In this document: piece after piece, positions 7,782 to 18,434 of the stretch
How the letters are laid out: every line of letters starts with the position of its first letter
Numbering within the stretch: the first letter of the stretch is position 1
Made by a program: the position numbers and the translations under genes
Assembly: GCA_033762425.1 (NCBI GenBank)
Contig: JANRLP010000007.1
Location: forward strand, 1 to 56,288
From: Leptospiraceae bacterium
GTDB lineage: Bacteria > Spirochaetota > Leptospiria > Leptospirales > Leptospiraceae
Direction of reading: 5' to 3'
Length of the DNA: 56,288 nt
The notes under the pieces: generated by a model
Databases searched by the model: none
What the model was told of the DNA's origin: nothing
The model's input: only the letters and a program-made list of their open reading frames with translations

Positions 7782-10700
7782 ATTAAAACTTGTTCTAATA
7801 ATTTTTCTTTCTAGTTTTAGTCTAGAATTAATGTCCATACCAGTACTTTCACTTAATGATAGTAGTAATGAGTTTATTGGATGTTTTGAGTTCTACGAAG
7901 AAAAAGAACAGATCCTATTTAAAGAAGTTTTAAATGTAGGTACTGAGAATTGGACTTTAATTCAGGACTGTAATTATTCAAATCTAGGACACAAAAAATC
8001 TCCTTATTGGTTTAGAATTGAGATTGAGAATAAACAAAAGATTGATAAAGAAATCTATTTTGAACTAAAATTTCCATTACTAGACCTAATAGAACTTTAT
8101 TATTTAAATGAGTCGGGTCAATTTAAAAAGATTGTCTCTGGAGACTTTTTTCCATTCCATACACGTGAAATTGGAGTCAAAAACTTTCTATTCAAAATCC
8201 CTTTCTTTGAAAACAAAAATCAGTTACTCTATGTGAGAATTAAAACTGATTCACAGGTATCCTTGTCACATAGATTTTGGAAAGTTAATGGAGTTATAGA
8301 AAATTCTTATAATGAAAATTTATTTCATGGAATCTATTTTGGAATGTTGTTTGCAGCATTTATCTTTAATGCATTTTTATCAATAGCATTTAGAGAAAGA
8401 ACTCTATATCTATATTCTGCTTTTTTAGTAATAAGTGCTTTTAGTACTTCAATCCTTTTTGGTTTTTCAATGAAATATTTATGGCCTGAATTTCCTTTGT
8501 TAAATGAATTTAGTCCACTAATATTAAACTTTGGTTATATTGTATTTAATTCATTTACTTCAACTTATCTAGACTTGAAGCACGAAATTAAATTACTAGA
8601 TAAAATACTTAAGATACTATCATTTCTATCAATCTCTATATTAATTGTATTTATATTTATTGGTTATAGACAAAGTGTTATCATTCTTAACTGGTTAGTC
8701 TTATCTACAACGGTTTTATATACTTATGCAGGGATAAAACTAAGTTTAAGAAAAAATATTAATGCATACTTTTACTTATTAGGTTTTGGATTTTATTTTC
8801 TTGGGACATTAATCGTTCCACTTGCAATACTAGGTTTTTTGCCAAGGAATTTTTTTATTCCTTATGGAATTCAAATCAGCTTTCTTTTTCAGATAATTGT
8901 ACTATCTTCTTCTTTTGGTTATAGAGTATTTCTTGTTAAACGTAAAGAAGAAATGAATGAGAAGACTCTTATCGAAGAACAAAAAAAATCTATTGAAGCC
9001 TTAAAGAGGATTGATGTACTAAAAGAAGAATTTTTAGTAAATACTTCACATGAATTAAAGACACCACTGCACGGAATAATTGGAATCTCTGAATCTATTC
9101 TTTCGGACACTTCAGGTAAGATAACTGAGCTAACCAAAAAGAATCTAGAATTAATCATTAGTTCTGCATTTAGGCTCTCAAATTTAATCAATGATATATT
9201 AGATTTTTCTCAAATAAATAGCAACTCGATCCTATTGGAAAAAAAAGCTTTGGATCTAAGTTCAATAGTGGAATTTACATTTGCAATTCTAAATCCATTA
9301 GCTAAACCAAAACATCTAAAGTTATTGAATTTAATACCTCCAGACTTTCCTAGAGCACTTGGTGATGAAAATAGAATTGGTCAAGTAATGTTGAATCTTG
9401 TGGGGAATGCAATCAAGTTTACTGAAGAAGGTGAGGTAAAAGTAGAAGGAAAAATTATTAACTCAAATAGAGTTTTAGTGAGCATCATAGATACAGGAAT
9501 TGGTATCCCTACTGAGAAACAAAAAATTATTTTTGAAAGATTTACTCAACTAGAATTTGAAACAACTAGAGTCTATGGTGGAACAGGACTTGGATTAAGC
9601 ATATCAAAGAAACTCATAGAAATTCATGGTGGAGAACTAATAGTGAGGTCTGAACTTGGAGCTGGTTCTTGTTTTAGTTTTGATCTTGAAATCTCTAATT
9701 CAGACTTTTCGAATATCAAACCTAATTTGAAAAATTTTTATCCTACAATTGAGTCAAAAAATCTAATCACAGATAAGTTTTCACAGCAAAAAACAAGAAT
9801 CTTGATAGTTGAAGATGAACCCATCATTATGAGTTTAATTGAAGGACATCTTCAAATTGAAAATTATTTTCTATATAAAGCATACGATGGAATAGAGGCT
9901 AAGAAAATATTAGATTCAAATTTACCTAAGCCCGACCTAATACTCTTAGATATCATGCTCCCCAAAATGAATGGTTATGAATTCTGTAGATATGTTAGAA
10001 AGACTTATTCTGGGAATGAAATACCAATAATCATGCTTACTGCAAGAAATTCGATGAATGATTTAGTGTTAGCATTTGAGTATGGTGCTAATGATTATAT
10101 TTCTAAACCATTTAGTAGAAATGAATTAAATGCTAGAATCAAAAGTCATATCGAATTAAAAAAATTATATGAGAAACTAGAAGAAAAGGTAAAAGAAAAA
10201 ACTACTGATTTTCTAAAACAAAAAGAAATAGCAATCAAAGCAAACCAAATGAAAGACAAGTATCTAACTATTGTATCCCATGATTTGAAGTCTGGAGTAT
10301 TAAATGTTAGAAACCTACTCACAATGTTAGTAGAAAACTTTCACAATGTAGGTGAGGTTGATAAGATTCGTTACCTAAGTGAAGGAAAGATAGCTTTAGA
10401 AAACTCTTATCAGTTTGTAAAAAATTTATTAGATCTCAATCGTTTTGAATCGGGAATGATAGAACCTAAACTTTCTTACCTAAACTTTTATGATATAATC
10501 GAAAAAGTAACTCTTAGTTTAAAGTTTTTAATGGAAGCAAAGAATATCAAGCTAGTTAAAACTATTGATGAACATATGATTTTTCTAGGAGATGAGAATT
10601 TATTATTTCAAGTTTTTAACAATCTAATCAATAACTCTATTAAATTTTCAGAGAACAATTCTAGTATAGAAATTAAAATAGAAAGAACAAATGAAGGATA

Positions 10701-11181
10701 TCAAGTCCTTGTAAAAGATCATGGAATTGGAATTTCTAATGAAACACTAGAAGAATTAAATAAAGGCAGCTCAATTCCTTCCACACTTGGAACCCAACTA
10801 GAGGTTGGTTCGGGAATTGGACTTGGTATTGTTTCAGAAATAGTAAAACTTCATAATGGCGAAATGATTGTTCGATCCCAAAAAAATCTTGGTACAGAAG
10901 TTCTAATTCAATTTACATATTTCGATGAACTAGCAATCATTGAATTAGATAAACCTGAAGAAATAAGCAACATAAGAAAAAAATTATTTCAAGAAAAAAT
11001 CTTCTCTATTTTTTCAAGAAATTCTATTGAAACTTTAGATCTATTATTACGCTTTATACCCAATCATCTTTATATTAGTGATAATAATTTAAGTAAGGTT
11101 GAACGAATCCAAGAACTTCAAAATGCCAACCCAGAACTTATTGCTCTAAAAATCCATTTCTTATTTGACAATTCAAAGTAA
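7747..11181 (+). CDS. 7TMR-DISM hybrid sensor histidine kinase with two kinase cores: 7TMR-DISM sensor domain + 7TM, HisKA-HATPase, REC, then a second HisKA-HATPase
   Basis: HisKA1 NTSHELKTPLHGIIG; HATPase1 GTGLGLSISKKLIEIHGGEL; REC ILIVEDEPII...LLDIMLPKMNGYE; HisKA2 IVSHDLKSGVL; HATPase2 GSGIGLGIVSEIVKLHNGEM. Annotated start overlaps the MBOAT gene; the true start is probably the internal Met near 7831. Confidence 0.85.
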   Translation: MNLKTSYTLLSKLKLVLIIFLSSFSLELMSIPVLSLNDSSNEFIGCFEFYEEKEQILFKEVLNVGTENWTLIQDCNYSNLGHKKSPYWFRIEIENKQKIDKEIYFELKFPLLDLIELYYLNESGQFKKIVSGDFFPFHTREIGVKNFLFKIPFFENKNQLLYVRIKTDSQVSLSHRFWKVNGVIENSYNENLFHGIYFGMLFAAFIFNAFLSIAFRERTLYLYSAFLVISAFSTSILFGFSMKYLWPEFPLLNEFSPLILNFGYIVFNSFTSTYLDLKHEIKLLDKILKILSFLSISILIVFIFIGYRQSVIILNWLVLSTTVLYTYAGIKLSLRKNINAYFYLLGFGFYFLGTLIVPLAILGFLPRNFFIPYGIQISFLFQIIVLSSSFGYRVFLVKRKEEMNEKTLIEEQKKSIEALKRIDVLKEEFLVNTSHELKTPLHGIIGISESILSDTSGKITELTKKNLELIISSAFRLSNLINDILDFSQINSNSILLEKKALDLSSIVEFTFAILNPLAKPKHLKLLNLIPPDFPRALGDENRIGQVMLNLVGNAIKFTEEGEVKVEGKIINSNRVLVSIIDTGIGIPTEKQKIIFERFTQLEFETTRVYGGTGLGLSISKKLIEIHGGELIVRSELGAGSCFSFDLEISNSDFSNIKPNLKNFYPTIESKNLITDKFSQQKTRILIVEDEPIIMSLIEGHLQIENYFLYKAYDGIEAKKILDSNLPKPDLILLDIMLPKMNGYEFCRYVRKTYSGNEIPIIMLTARNSMNDLVLAFEYGANDYISKPFSRNELNARIKSHIELKKLYEKLEEKVKEKTTDFLKQKEIAIKANQMKDKYLTIVSHDLKSGVLNVRNLLTMLVENFHNVGEVDKIRYLSEGKIALENSYQFVKNLLDLNRFESGMIEPKLSYLNFYDIIEKVTLSLKFLMEAKNIKLVKTIDEHMIFLGDENLLFQVFNNLINNSIKFSENNSSIEIKIERTNEGYQVLVKDHGIGISNETLEELNKGSSIPSTLGTQLEVGSGIGLGIVSEIVKLHNGEMIVRSQKNLGTEVLIQFTYFDELAIIELDKPEEISNIRKKLFQEKIFSIFSRNSIETLDLLLRFIPNHLYISDNNLSKVERIQELQNANPELIALKIHFLFDNSK

Positions 11182-11207
11182 ACCCTGAATATAAGCCATA
11201 GTTAGCT

Positions 11208-11831
11208 ATGGATGAGAAAGAAAAATTAAAAGTTGTAATTGTTGATGATCACCCAGTTTCTAGAATTGGCTTGGAAACAGTGCTTAGCAAAAGTACTGAT
11301 TTTGAAATTGTATCCATTCTTCAATCAACTTCTGATCTTGAAAAAATTCTTACTAAAAACAAAATAGATTTTACTCTACTCGATATAGATCTTCCTGGAA
11401 CTTCAGGGCTTGAATTTCTAAAGAAATATAGAAAAAATTTTCCTGACACTAAATTTGTTTTATTTACTGTTCATGAAGGTGAGGGCTACTATCGTGAAGC
11501 GATAACATATGGAGCTAACGGTTACATTTTAAAATCTGAGGATATAGGGAAACTAACTGAAACTCTCTCATCAATTAAAGATGGGGTTTTTTATACTTCA
11601 AATGAATTCAAAAAATTCCAACTAGAAAATGACTCTAAACCAAGTCTCACTAGTAAAGAACACGAGGTTCTAGTTATGCTGACAAGTGGGCTAACTGCCC
11701 CAGAGATTTCAGATAGGCTGGGCATCACTGAACGAACAGTATATTATTACAATAACAGGCTAAAAGAAAAGTTTGATGCTGAAAATTTAATAGAACTTAT
11801 CAATACAGCTAGGGTTAAATATTTCCAATAG
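11208..11831 (+). CDS. LuxR/NarL-family response regulator (REC + LuxR HTH)
   Basis: VVIVDDHPVSRIGLE...LLDIDLPGTSG receiver; C-terminal LTSKEHEVLVMLTSGLTAPEISDRLGITERTV HTH. Immediately downstream of the hybrid kinase. Confidence 0.85.
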   Translation: MDEKEKLKVVIVDDHPVSRIGLETVLSKSTDFEIVSILQSTSDLEKILTKNKIDFTLLDIDLPGTSGLEFLKKYRKNFPDTKFVLFTVHEGEGYYREAITYGANGYILKSEDIGKLTETLSSIKDGVFYTSNEFKKFQLENDSKPSLTSKEHEVLVMLTSGLTAPEISDRLGITERTVYYYNNRLKEKFDAENLIELINTARVKYFQ

Positions 11832-11892
11832 AAATCCTTTTTTTTGTAGCTTATAAATTTTCCAGTCTAATTATGTCTCAAAAGGCATTAGT

Positions 11893-13890
11893 TTGGAATT
11901 AAATAAAGAACAACAAAGAGCAGTAAAACACAAGGATGGTCCGTTATTAATTTTTGCAGGTGCAGGCTCGGGTAAAACTAGAGTAATCACAAATAGAATT
12001 GTTCACTTAATTCGCTCGCATAAAGTCTCACCAGCAAATATTGTTGCTTTGTCTTTCACAAATAAAAGTGCAAAGGAATTAAAAGAAAGAATCAAAAAAA
12101 TGCTTTCTAGAACTGAACTAAAAGGCATGGAGCTTTCTACCTTTCATTCTCTTGGTCTAAAAATCTGTAAAGAACATTTGAACGAACTAGGATACACTCA
12201 CCCATTTCTTTTATCAGCACCAAGAGACCTAGAGTCTTTGTTACAAGAAATACTTAAACAAAAAAAGATTCCCTCACAAGATATTAAGCTCAATAGTTTA
12301 GTCTCTAGAATAAGTATATGGAAAAATTCTGGTTACTCAGAAAATAATCATCCAAATACTGAATATGATGCGTTAGTTGCGATGATATTTGAAAGTTATG
12401 AAAAAAGACTTAAGTCTGAAAACTCACTAGACTTTGATGATTTGATTTTGAAACCAATAGAAATCTTAAAAACGAATCCAACAATAAAAGCAAAGTATGA
12501 AAAAAAATTCAAATATATCATGATAGATGAATTTCAAGATACGAATTCTGTTCAATATGAATTCATTAAACTACTATTAGGTAAAAACACTAATCTATGC
12601 GTTGTAGGTGATGATGATCAAAGCATCTATGGATTTAGAGGATCTAATAAAGATTTAATTCTAAACTTTGAAAATGATTTCACTAATACAACTACTATCA
12701 AACTACTTCAAAACTATAGATCCACAACTCAAATTCTTAAATTAGCGAATTCACTTATTTCTAAGAATGAAAATAGAAGAGAAAAAGAATTATGGTCTAA
12801 CATTGTTTCATCAGAAAGAATTTTATATAAGGAAGAAACTGATGAAAATGAAGAAGCAAGTTTTGTTGCAGGAAAGATTAAAGAACTAGTTTTAAAAGAT
12901 AAAATACCATTTGGAGAAATTGCAGTTCTATTTCGAACCAATTATCAATCTAGACCATTTGAGATGGAATTTAGAATGAGTTCTATTCCTTTCAAACTTA
13001 TTGGTGCGTATAATTTTTTTGATAGAAAAGAAGTGAAAGATTTACTTTCTTACTTAAGAGTAATTGCTAATCATAGAGATGATCTCTCACTTCTTAGGAT
13101 ATTAAATTATCCCAAAAGAGGATTAGGTAGTACTACTAGAACAAGGATTCAAGAAAAGGCTAGTGAATTAGAAGTTTCCGTTTGGGAAGTATTGTTAAGA
13201 ATTTGTGAAAGCCCTGATTTTCTCCCAGAACTCAAAAAAGCTTCCAAAGAAATTTATGAATTCGTTGAACTAATACAAAAGTATCAGAAAGAATTTTACC
13301 AAGCTAATAAAATGACAAAGGTATTTAAAGATTTAATTGCAGAATTAAATTTTGAGAAAGAAATTATTTCTGAAGAAACAATAGAAAAAGTTGTTCAAGC
13401 AAGAATGTATAATGTTTCTGAACTAGTAAATATGCTAAGCTATTTTGAGAACGAATGGGAAGAAGAATCCAAACCAAAACTTTTTGATTTTTTGATTAGA
13501 GTTACGTTATACACTGATGATGAGAGTGTAAATGAAGACTCAACGGGTAAAGTTCAACTCATGACAATGCATTTGTCTAAAGGACTGGAATTTAGTGCAG
13601 TATTTTTAGTAGGAGTAGAAGACGGAACATTACCAAGTTCACGATCCTTAGAGGAAAAGGGCTTAGAAGAAGAAAGAAGATTGTTTTATGTTGGAATCAC
13701 AAGAGCAAAGAGAAAACTATTTCTATCTAGAGCATTAAATAGAAAAAAATTTGGAGATACAGTTCCAACTCTTCCCAGTAGATTTTTGCAGGAACTGGAT
13801 GAGGAAACTCTTGACAAACCAGATTATAGAGAATATGATGAGGATGAATTTCTTCTTGAGCTTGAAAAATTGAAAGTAGTTGAAACTTGA
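11893..13890 (+). CDS. uvrD: UvrD/PcrA/Rep-family ATP-dependent DNA helicase
   Basis: TTG start. Helicase motifs I FAGAGSGKT, II IDEFQDTN, III VVGDDDQSIYGFRGS, IV QNYRST, and a C-terminal TMHLSKGLEF...VGITRAK. Confidence 0.85.
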   Translation: MELNKEQQRAVKHKDGPLLIFAGAGSGKTRVITNRIVHLIRSHKVSPANIVALSFTNKSAKELKERIKKMLSRTELKGMELSTFHSLGLKICKEHLNELGYTHPFLLSAPRDLESLLQEILKQKKIPSQDIKLNSLVSRISIWKNSGYSENNHPNTEYDALVAMIFESYEKRLKSENSLDFDDLILKPIEILKTNPTIKAKYEKKFKYIMIDEFQDTNSVQYEFIKLLLGKNTNLCVVGDDDQSIYGFRGSNKDLILNFENDFTNTTTIKLLQNYRSTTQILKLANSLISKNENRREKELWSNIVSSERILYKEETDENEEASFVAGKIKELVLKDKIPFGEIAVLFRTNYQSRPFEMEFRMSSIPFKLIGAYNFFDRKEVKDLLSYLRVIANHRDDLSLLRILNYPKRGLGSTTRTRIQEKASELEVSVWEVLLRICESPDFLPELKKASKEIYEFVELIQKYQKEFYQANKMTKVFKDLIAELNFEKEIISEETIEKVVQARMYNVSELVNMLSYFENEWEEESKPKLFDFLIRVTLYTDDESVNEDSTGKVQLMTMHLSKGLEFSAVFLVGVEDGTLPSSRSLEEKGLEEERRLFYVGITRAKRKLFLSRALNRKKFGDTVPTLPSRFLQELDEETLDKPDYREYDEDEFLLELEKLKVVET

Positions 13891-16097
13891 AAAAGAATAA
13901 AGAAACTCTATTTCTAAAGAACAATCCAGTTCTAAATCGAATCTCAGACTATTTTTATACTTTTTATAAATCTAAATGGTTATATTCAGTCATAGTTGCA
14001 ATCATAATTATTACTAGTCTTCTATTTACCTTAAACAGTATCTATATCTATATAATTAAAAAAGATTATATTAATGTTTTCCAAACCAGAAATCTAGTTG
14101 TTGATTACGTTAAGAATAGAATGAAGAAAGCGATTCAGATTGGAATCGTAGATTTTAGCTTAGTTGGTGGTCTTGGATTTGATGAAGTAAAAATTTCCAA
14201 TGAAGAAGATTTCTCAGGAAATAGAATTTTTTTCTCTAGTGAACGAGTTGAGGTTTCTCTAAACTCAATCTTGAGCAAGGACCCAAAACTAAAAAAGATC
14301 ACTCTATATTCTTCTAGCTTAGATATTGATATTAATGATGTAATTGGAGATAATTTTTTAGCCTATCTAAAAGAATCTAATTTACCTGAAGTTGAATTTA
14401 AAGAACTAAGTATTACTGTTAGAGACGGAAAAGAAATCATATTTCAAACTCCTAGAGATGTATCTTTAAAGTTAAAAGTGATTGATAAAAAAATTCAAAT
14501 TGATTTTTCAACTGATTTTTCTATAAATCCCTTTTCTGGAAGCGTTAGTGGAAATAGTGAAATCGAAACTGAATTAGAAAAGATGAAATTAGAATTTAGA
14601 TTTAAAAACCTAAAAGTGGAAACTTTCCCCGGAATTGTGAATAAGCTAATTCATTTTCAAGTTGAGTCAGGAAAATCTGATGGCTTTATTAGAATTTTTA
14701 GAAGTCCAAATGAACTTAATCTTGAAGGTGATGTAAATTTTTTACACCTAAGTGCTAGTGAAGAAATCACTAATTTCTTTGAGCTAAATGATGTTACCTT
14801 AAATTCAAAAATTTCTTACTTTCGTGAGCTAGATGAAAACAAAAAAGAAGAATCTTTTTTTAATAGGAAAGTAAGTAATCCGAGTTTCTTCTATACAGAA
14901 AATTTTTCCAAGGATAAAGCTGGATTAAGAAAGATCAATTATAATGCTAATTTCAATGATATTTCTAAGTTAACAAAAGCAATTTCCCTGAAGGATGGAG
15001 AAGCATTTCAGGGTAAACTTAAGGCTTCTATGATAGTTGAAGAAACAGGTAAAGTAAACGATTGGTTTCATTTTGACGGAAATATTAGTCTAGAAAATTT
15101 CTCTTTGAAGTCTAAAAACCCTAAGTATGAAATGAATTTTTCCAAAGCATTTCTTTCCCTAAACTCTGAAGGGGAACTAGAACTAACTGCCACTGGAAAA
15201 TTGCAGTCTAGTCTTGTTCAGATAACCAAAAAAGGAAAATATTTATTTACTAAACAAATTCAACCAAATATAGAATATATACTCAATAGTAATTCTGAAT
15301 TAGATATTAAGTTTGATAAACTTATTCTAAAAGATTTTATCGATCTATATGATTTTAGTGCAAAGAAGATAAATGACGATATAATTGAAAGACAAGAAAA
15401 AATGCTTCCTCAATCATTTATTAGTGAGTCTAGGTTATATTTAGACTATATAGAAAAATTAAATTTAAAACTTAATCTAAGCATTGATGAATTAAAATTT
15501 TCTGAACAAAAAGAAAGTCTAGGAAATGTAAATATCGAAGGTAGCTTTAACAAAGGTAATTTAGACTTGAAACTAATTTCTAATAAAAATTCAAATGAAA
15601 AAAGTTTTTTACTAGAATCGAGTTTTAGAGGCATAATAGATAAAAAGAATCCATATTTTGATTGGAAACTAGATACAGAGAATCTACCTTGGAAAGAAAA
15701 AATTTCTGAATTTTGTGGCTCAGAAATTTTCTCTGATTTTATAAATTTAAAGCTTTCTTTCGTTGCCTCTGGAAATAATTTTTCTGATATAGTAGTATAT
15801 AGAAACTATGCTGTGAATTTTCATTTTCCAGGCACTAGATTTCAAGAAACTAATAAAGAGTCACAGTTTAGACTTTCAAACCTTTGGAAAGAGAATGAAT
15901 TTTATGATCTCAAAGGTTTTTTGGGAGGATATGGAACTCAAGGTTATATACAGAATTTAGAAATTTTCAATTCAAACTCTAAATGGGGTGGCAATGGTTC
16001 AATTGCTAGAAATTCTAATCAAGTTAGTATTTGGGGACCAAATGGAACAATTCAATTTCAACAAGAAGGGGAAAAATGTTTTTTACAAAAAAAATAA
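13887..16097 (+). CDS. Large N-terminally membrane-anchored hypothetical protein (AsmA-like?)
   Basis: 736-aa ORF with a single N-terminal TM helix and a repetitive beta-rich body; 4-bp overlap with uvrD. No catalytic motif recognised. Confidence 0.4.
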   Translation: MKKNKETLFLKNNPVLNRISDYFYTFYKSKWLYSVIVAIIIITSLLFTLNSIYIYIIKKDYINVFQTRNLVVDYVKNRMKKAIQIGIVDFSLVGGLGFDEVKISNEEDFSGNRIFFSSERVEVSLNSILSKDPKLKKITLYSSSLDIDINDVIGDNFLAYLKESNLPEVEFKELSITVRDGKEIIFQTPRDVSLKLKVIDKKIQIDFSTDFSINPFSGSVSGNSEIETELEKMKLEFRFKNLKVETFPGIVNKLIHFQVESGKSDGFIRIFRSPNELNLEGDVNFLHLSASEEITNFFELNDVTLNSKISYFRELDENKKEESFFNRKVSNPSFFYTENFSKDKAGLRKINYNANFNDISKLTKAISLKDGEAFQGKLKASMIVEETGKVNDWFHFDGNISLENFSLKSKNPKYEMNFSKAFLSLNSEGELELTATGKLQSSLVQITKKGKYLFTKQIQPNIEYILNSNSELDIKFDKLILKDFIDLYDFSAKKINDDIIERQEKMLPQSFISESRLYLDYIEKLNLKLNLSIDELKFSEQKESLGNVNIEGSFNKGNLDLKLISNKNSNEKSFLLESSFRGIIDKKNPYFDWKLDTENLPWKEKISEFCGSEIFSDFINLKLSFVASGNNFSDIVVYRNYAVNFHFPGTRFQETNKESQFRLSNLWKENEFYDLKGFLGGYGTQGYIQNLEIFNSNSKWGGNGSIARNSNQVSIWGPNGTIQFQQEGEKCFLQKK

Positions 16098-16459
16098 TTT
16101 ATTTACTAATCATTCTAAGTTTAGCTTGCAGCAAAGATAAATCAGATAAAGAGTCTTTTCTAAAAAAATTTGATTCTAAAGATGTACTTGGTGCTTGGAG
16201 AATCATTCCTTCACAGAATGAAACAGTGTTATTCCTCCCAACTGGCGAAGTAGAACTAATAAAAGAAAACTATAGATCAAAAATGCTTGGTTTTACAGAT
16301 GGCAATGGTTTAAGACTTAAAGAAAAAGAGGATGACCCAAATTCTTTAGGTTATTTTTTGTTCAGCGAAAAAAATGGTAACATCTGGTCGGGAATATTTA
16401 GAGATGATTTAGTGAGACTAGTAAGAGTAGTAGAACCTAAGAAATCAATTTTAGAATAG
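16076..16459 (+). CDS. Small lipoprotein, hypothetical
   Basis: Internal Met start MFFTKKIIYLLIILSLACSKD gives a signal peptide plus lipobox (LAC). Confidence 0.4.
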   Translation: MFFTKKIIYLLIILSLACSKDKSDKESFLKKFDSKDVLGAWRIIPSQNETVLFLPTGEVELIKENYRSKMLGFTDGNGLRLKEKEDDPNSLGYFLFSEKNGNIWSGIFRDDLVRLVRVVEPKKSILE

Positions 16460-17588
16460 AATCAGAAGCAATTTTGCTTGCATTACCATCTCCAAGACTT
16501 AACCTCACTTGTTTTAGGTTTTGGATCATTTCTTGTTTATAGTTAGTATCAGAATAAATCTTAAAGGATTCATCAAAAATATTTTTAGCAGTACAATCCC
16601 CTTGTATTAACTCCTTACAAATGAACCTCTCTGAAAGTATATTCACAATTCCTACATAGGGAATTAGAATTAAACTTTTTCCGATTAGATGAGTAAGTAA
16701 ACTATTCTTATATATTATAACCATAGGTTTTTCAAAATAAGCTACCTCAAGGGTTGCAGTGCCAGATGCAACAATAACCTGATCTGAACTTTCAATACAT
16801 TTAGCAGAGTTTAAAAATTCATAATGAACATGAAAGTTTGAATGAGCTTTTTCAAAACTATCTAAGGTTTCTCTAATATATAAATCTTCTTTTTCACTAA
16901 TTCCGGGAAGTATGAACTCTACTTCTTTACCAAGAGACTCAATTTTTAGTTTTAATTGATAAGCAGCTTCTAAAATAATTGTAAGAAGTCTTTTGATCTC
17001 TCCTGACCTAGAACCTGGCATCAAACAAATTTTATAACTTGTTTTTGAAAGGTTTATTGCTTTTCCTTTCTTTAATTCACCAGGCATTCTTTCAATGATT
17101 GGGTGACCAACAAATACATTAGGAATGTTTTCTTTATCATAAATTTTTTTCTCAAATGGAAATAAAAGGAGCATCAAATCAACTAATTTCTTAATCTTAT
17201 AGATTCGTTTATATCTCCATGCCCAAATTTGTGGAGAAACATAGAATACAATCTTCATTTCAGGAAGTTTTTCTTTAAGCATCTGTGCAAGTGCTAGATT
17301 GAAACCAGGATAATCAATTAGAATAGCAAGTTTGGATTCTTTCTTGATAGCAATTTCAACAATTTGGTTTGCAATTTTTTTTAGTTTTCTATACTTTAAT
17401 AATGCTCCAACAAATCCAACAACATTTAAGTCTTCAATATTTGCAAGGCTATTGAGTCCATTCTCTTTCATCTTTTCAGCACCAATGCCAAAGAATTCAA
17501 ATGGATGTAAGGATTTTAAGGATTTCATCAATCCACCACCAAGTAGATCTCCTGAATGTTCTCCGGCAATTATCAAAATATCAGACAT
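16437..17588 (-). CDS. lpxB: Lipid-A-disaccharide synthase
   Basis: N-terminus MSDILIIAGEHSGDLLGG and overall GT19 pattern; 383 aa. Confidence 0.85.
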   Translation of the reverse strand: MSDILIIAGEHSGDLLGGGLMKSLKSLHPFEFFGIGAEKMKENGLNSLANIEDLNVVGFVGALLKYRKLKKIANQIVEIAIKKESKLAILIDYPGFNLALAQMLKEKLPEMKIVFYVSPQIWAWRYKRIYKIKKLVDLMLLLFPFEKKIYDKENIPNVFVGHPIIERMPGELKKGKAINLSKTSYKICLMPGSRSGEIKRLLTIILEAAYQLKLKIESLGKEVEFILPGISEKEDLYIRETLDSFEKAHSNFHVHYEFLNSAKCIESSDQVIVASGTATLEVAYFEKPMVIIYKNSLLTHLIGKSLILIPYVGIVNILSERFICKELIQGDCTAKNIFDESFKIYSDTNYKQEMIQNLKQVRLSLGDGNASKIASDSILKLIS

Positions 17589-18432
17589 AGATTACCTGTT
17601 TCTTATTGAGAATCTTTATATCCTCATTCTTATCATATACAAAAAAATGAATCGATAGTTCATTCGCTTTTCGAATAAATTCAACTGGGTTCACAACTAT
17701 AGTTTCTCTTGCTTGAATGGCAAGTGTCTTATAAGAAAATTCTTTCATAATGTTTAGAGTATTGATTCCAACTGTAGGAAGATCAAATCTTTCATCTTGA
17801 TTACTCTTAGCACTTTTGCAAACTGTTGCACCTTTATTCTTAGAGAGTTGCCCTCCTCTTCTAATTGCTTCATCAGTCCCTTCAATAGCTTCTAAAGAAA
17901 GTGCCATTCTATTCATGACAGCAACTGTTTGGCCTAAATCAAGTCTTGCAAGTTCACGAGCGAGTCCCATTCCATATTCAATATCAATAAGTTCATTTTT
18001 GTTTAATTTCTTTTTAGTATATCTTCCACCTGTTAATAGAAGTGATTTTAAGTAAGTCTTTTGAGAAAGAATAGTAATCTTATTTTTTAAAAACTCCTGA
18101 GCTCCAATTTGAAAGAAAGTATAATCATTTTGGTTTAACATCTTTGCTAGTAAAAAAATTGTTTTTAAATCGAACTTATACGATTTAAGTAGGATATCTT
18201 TATTCACTTTACCTAATAATAATATTCTATCTATATTATTCTTTTTACAGGTTTTGATAACAGAACCAATTTTTGTAATATGAATCGGAATGTTTCTATC
18301 ATTGAACTTTCCTACTTGGAAGTCAGATTCTTTGATTGAAAGAAAGATTGGATCTTCGTTTTCAGAAATTGCTTCTTGCATAGCAAGATGGGGAAGTTCC
18401 CCTGCACCTGCTATGATTCCTAGTCTTCCCAA
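17581..18432 (-). CDS. lpxI: UDP-2,3-diacylglucosamine hydrolase LpxI-family (DUF1009)
   Basis: N-terminus MGRLGIIAGAGELP typical of LpxI. Overlaps lpxB by 8 bp in the lpxI-lpxB order seen in LpxI-using lineages. Confidence 0.7.
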   Translation of the reverse strand: MGRLGIIAGAGELPHLAMQEAISENEDPIFLSIKESDFQVGKFNDRNIPIHITKIGSVIKTCKKNNIDRILLLGKVNKDILLKSYKFDLKTIFLLAKMLNQNDYTFFQIGAQEFLKNKITILSQKTYLKSLLLTGGRYTKKKLNKNELIDIEYGMGLARELARLDLGQTVAVMNRMALSLEAIEGTDEAIRRGGQLSKNKGATVCKSAKSNQDERFDLPTVGINTLNIMKEFSYKTLAIQARETIVVNPVEFIRKANELSIHFFVYDKNEDIKILNKKQVIYV

Positions 18433-18434
18433 AA

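Noticed and set aside
11893-16097. UvrD-like helicase followed by a large unknown protein, considered as a possible Gabija/defence-type helicase-nuclease pair
   Set aside because: The helicase has the full complement of housekeeping UvrD/PcrA motifs and typical length. The downstream protein is TM-anchored with no nuclease, ATPase or OLD/TOPRIM motifs, so it is better explained as uvrD plus an envelope protein.
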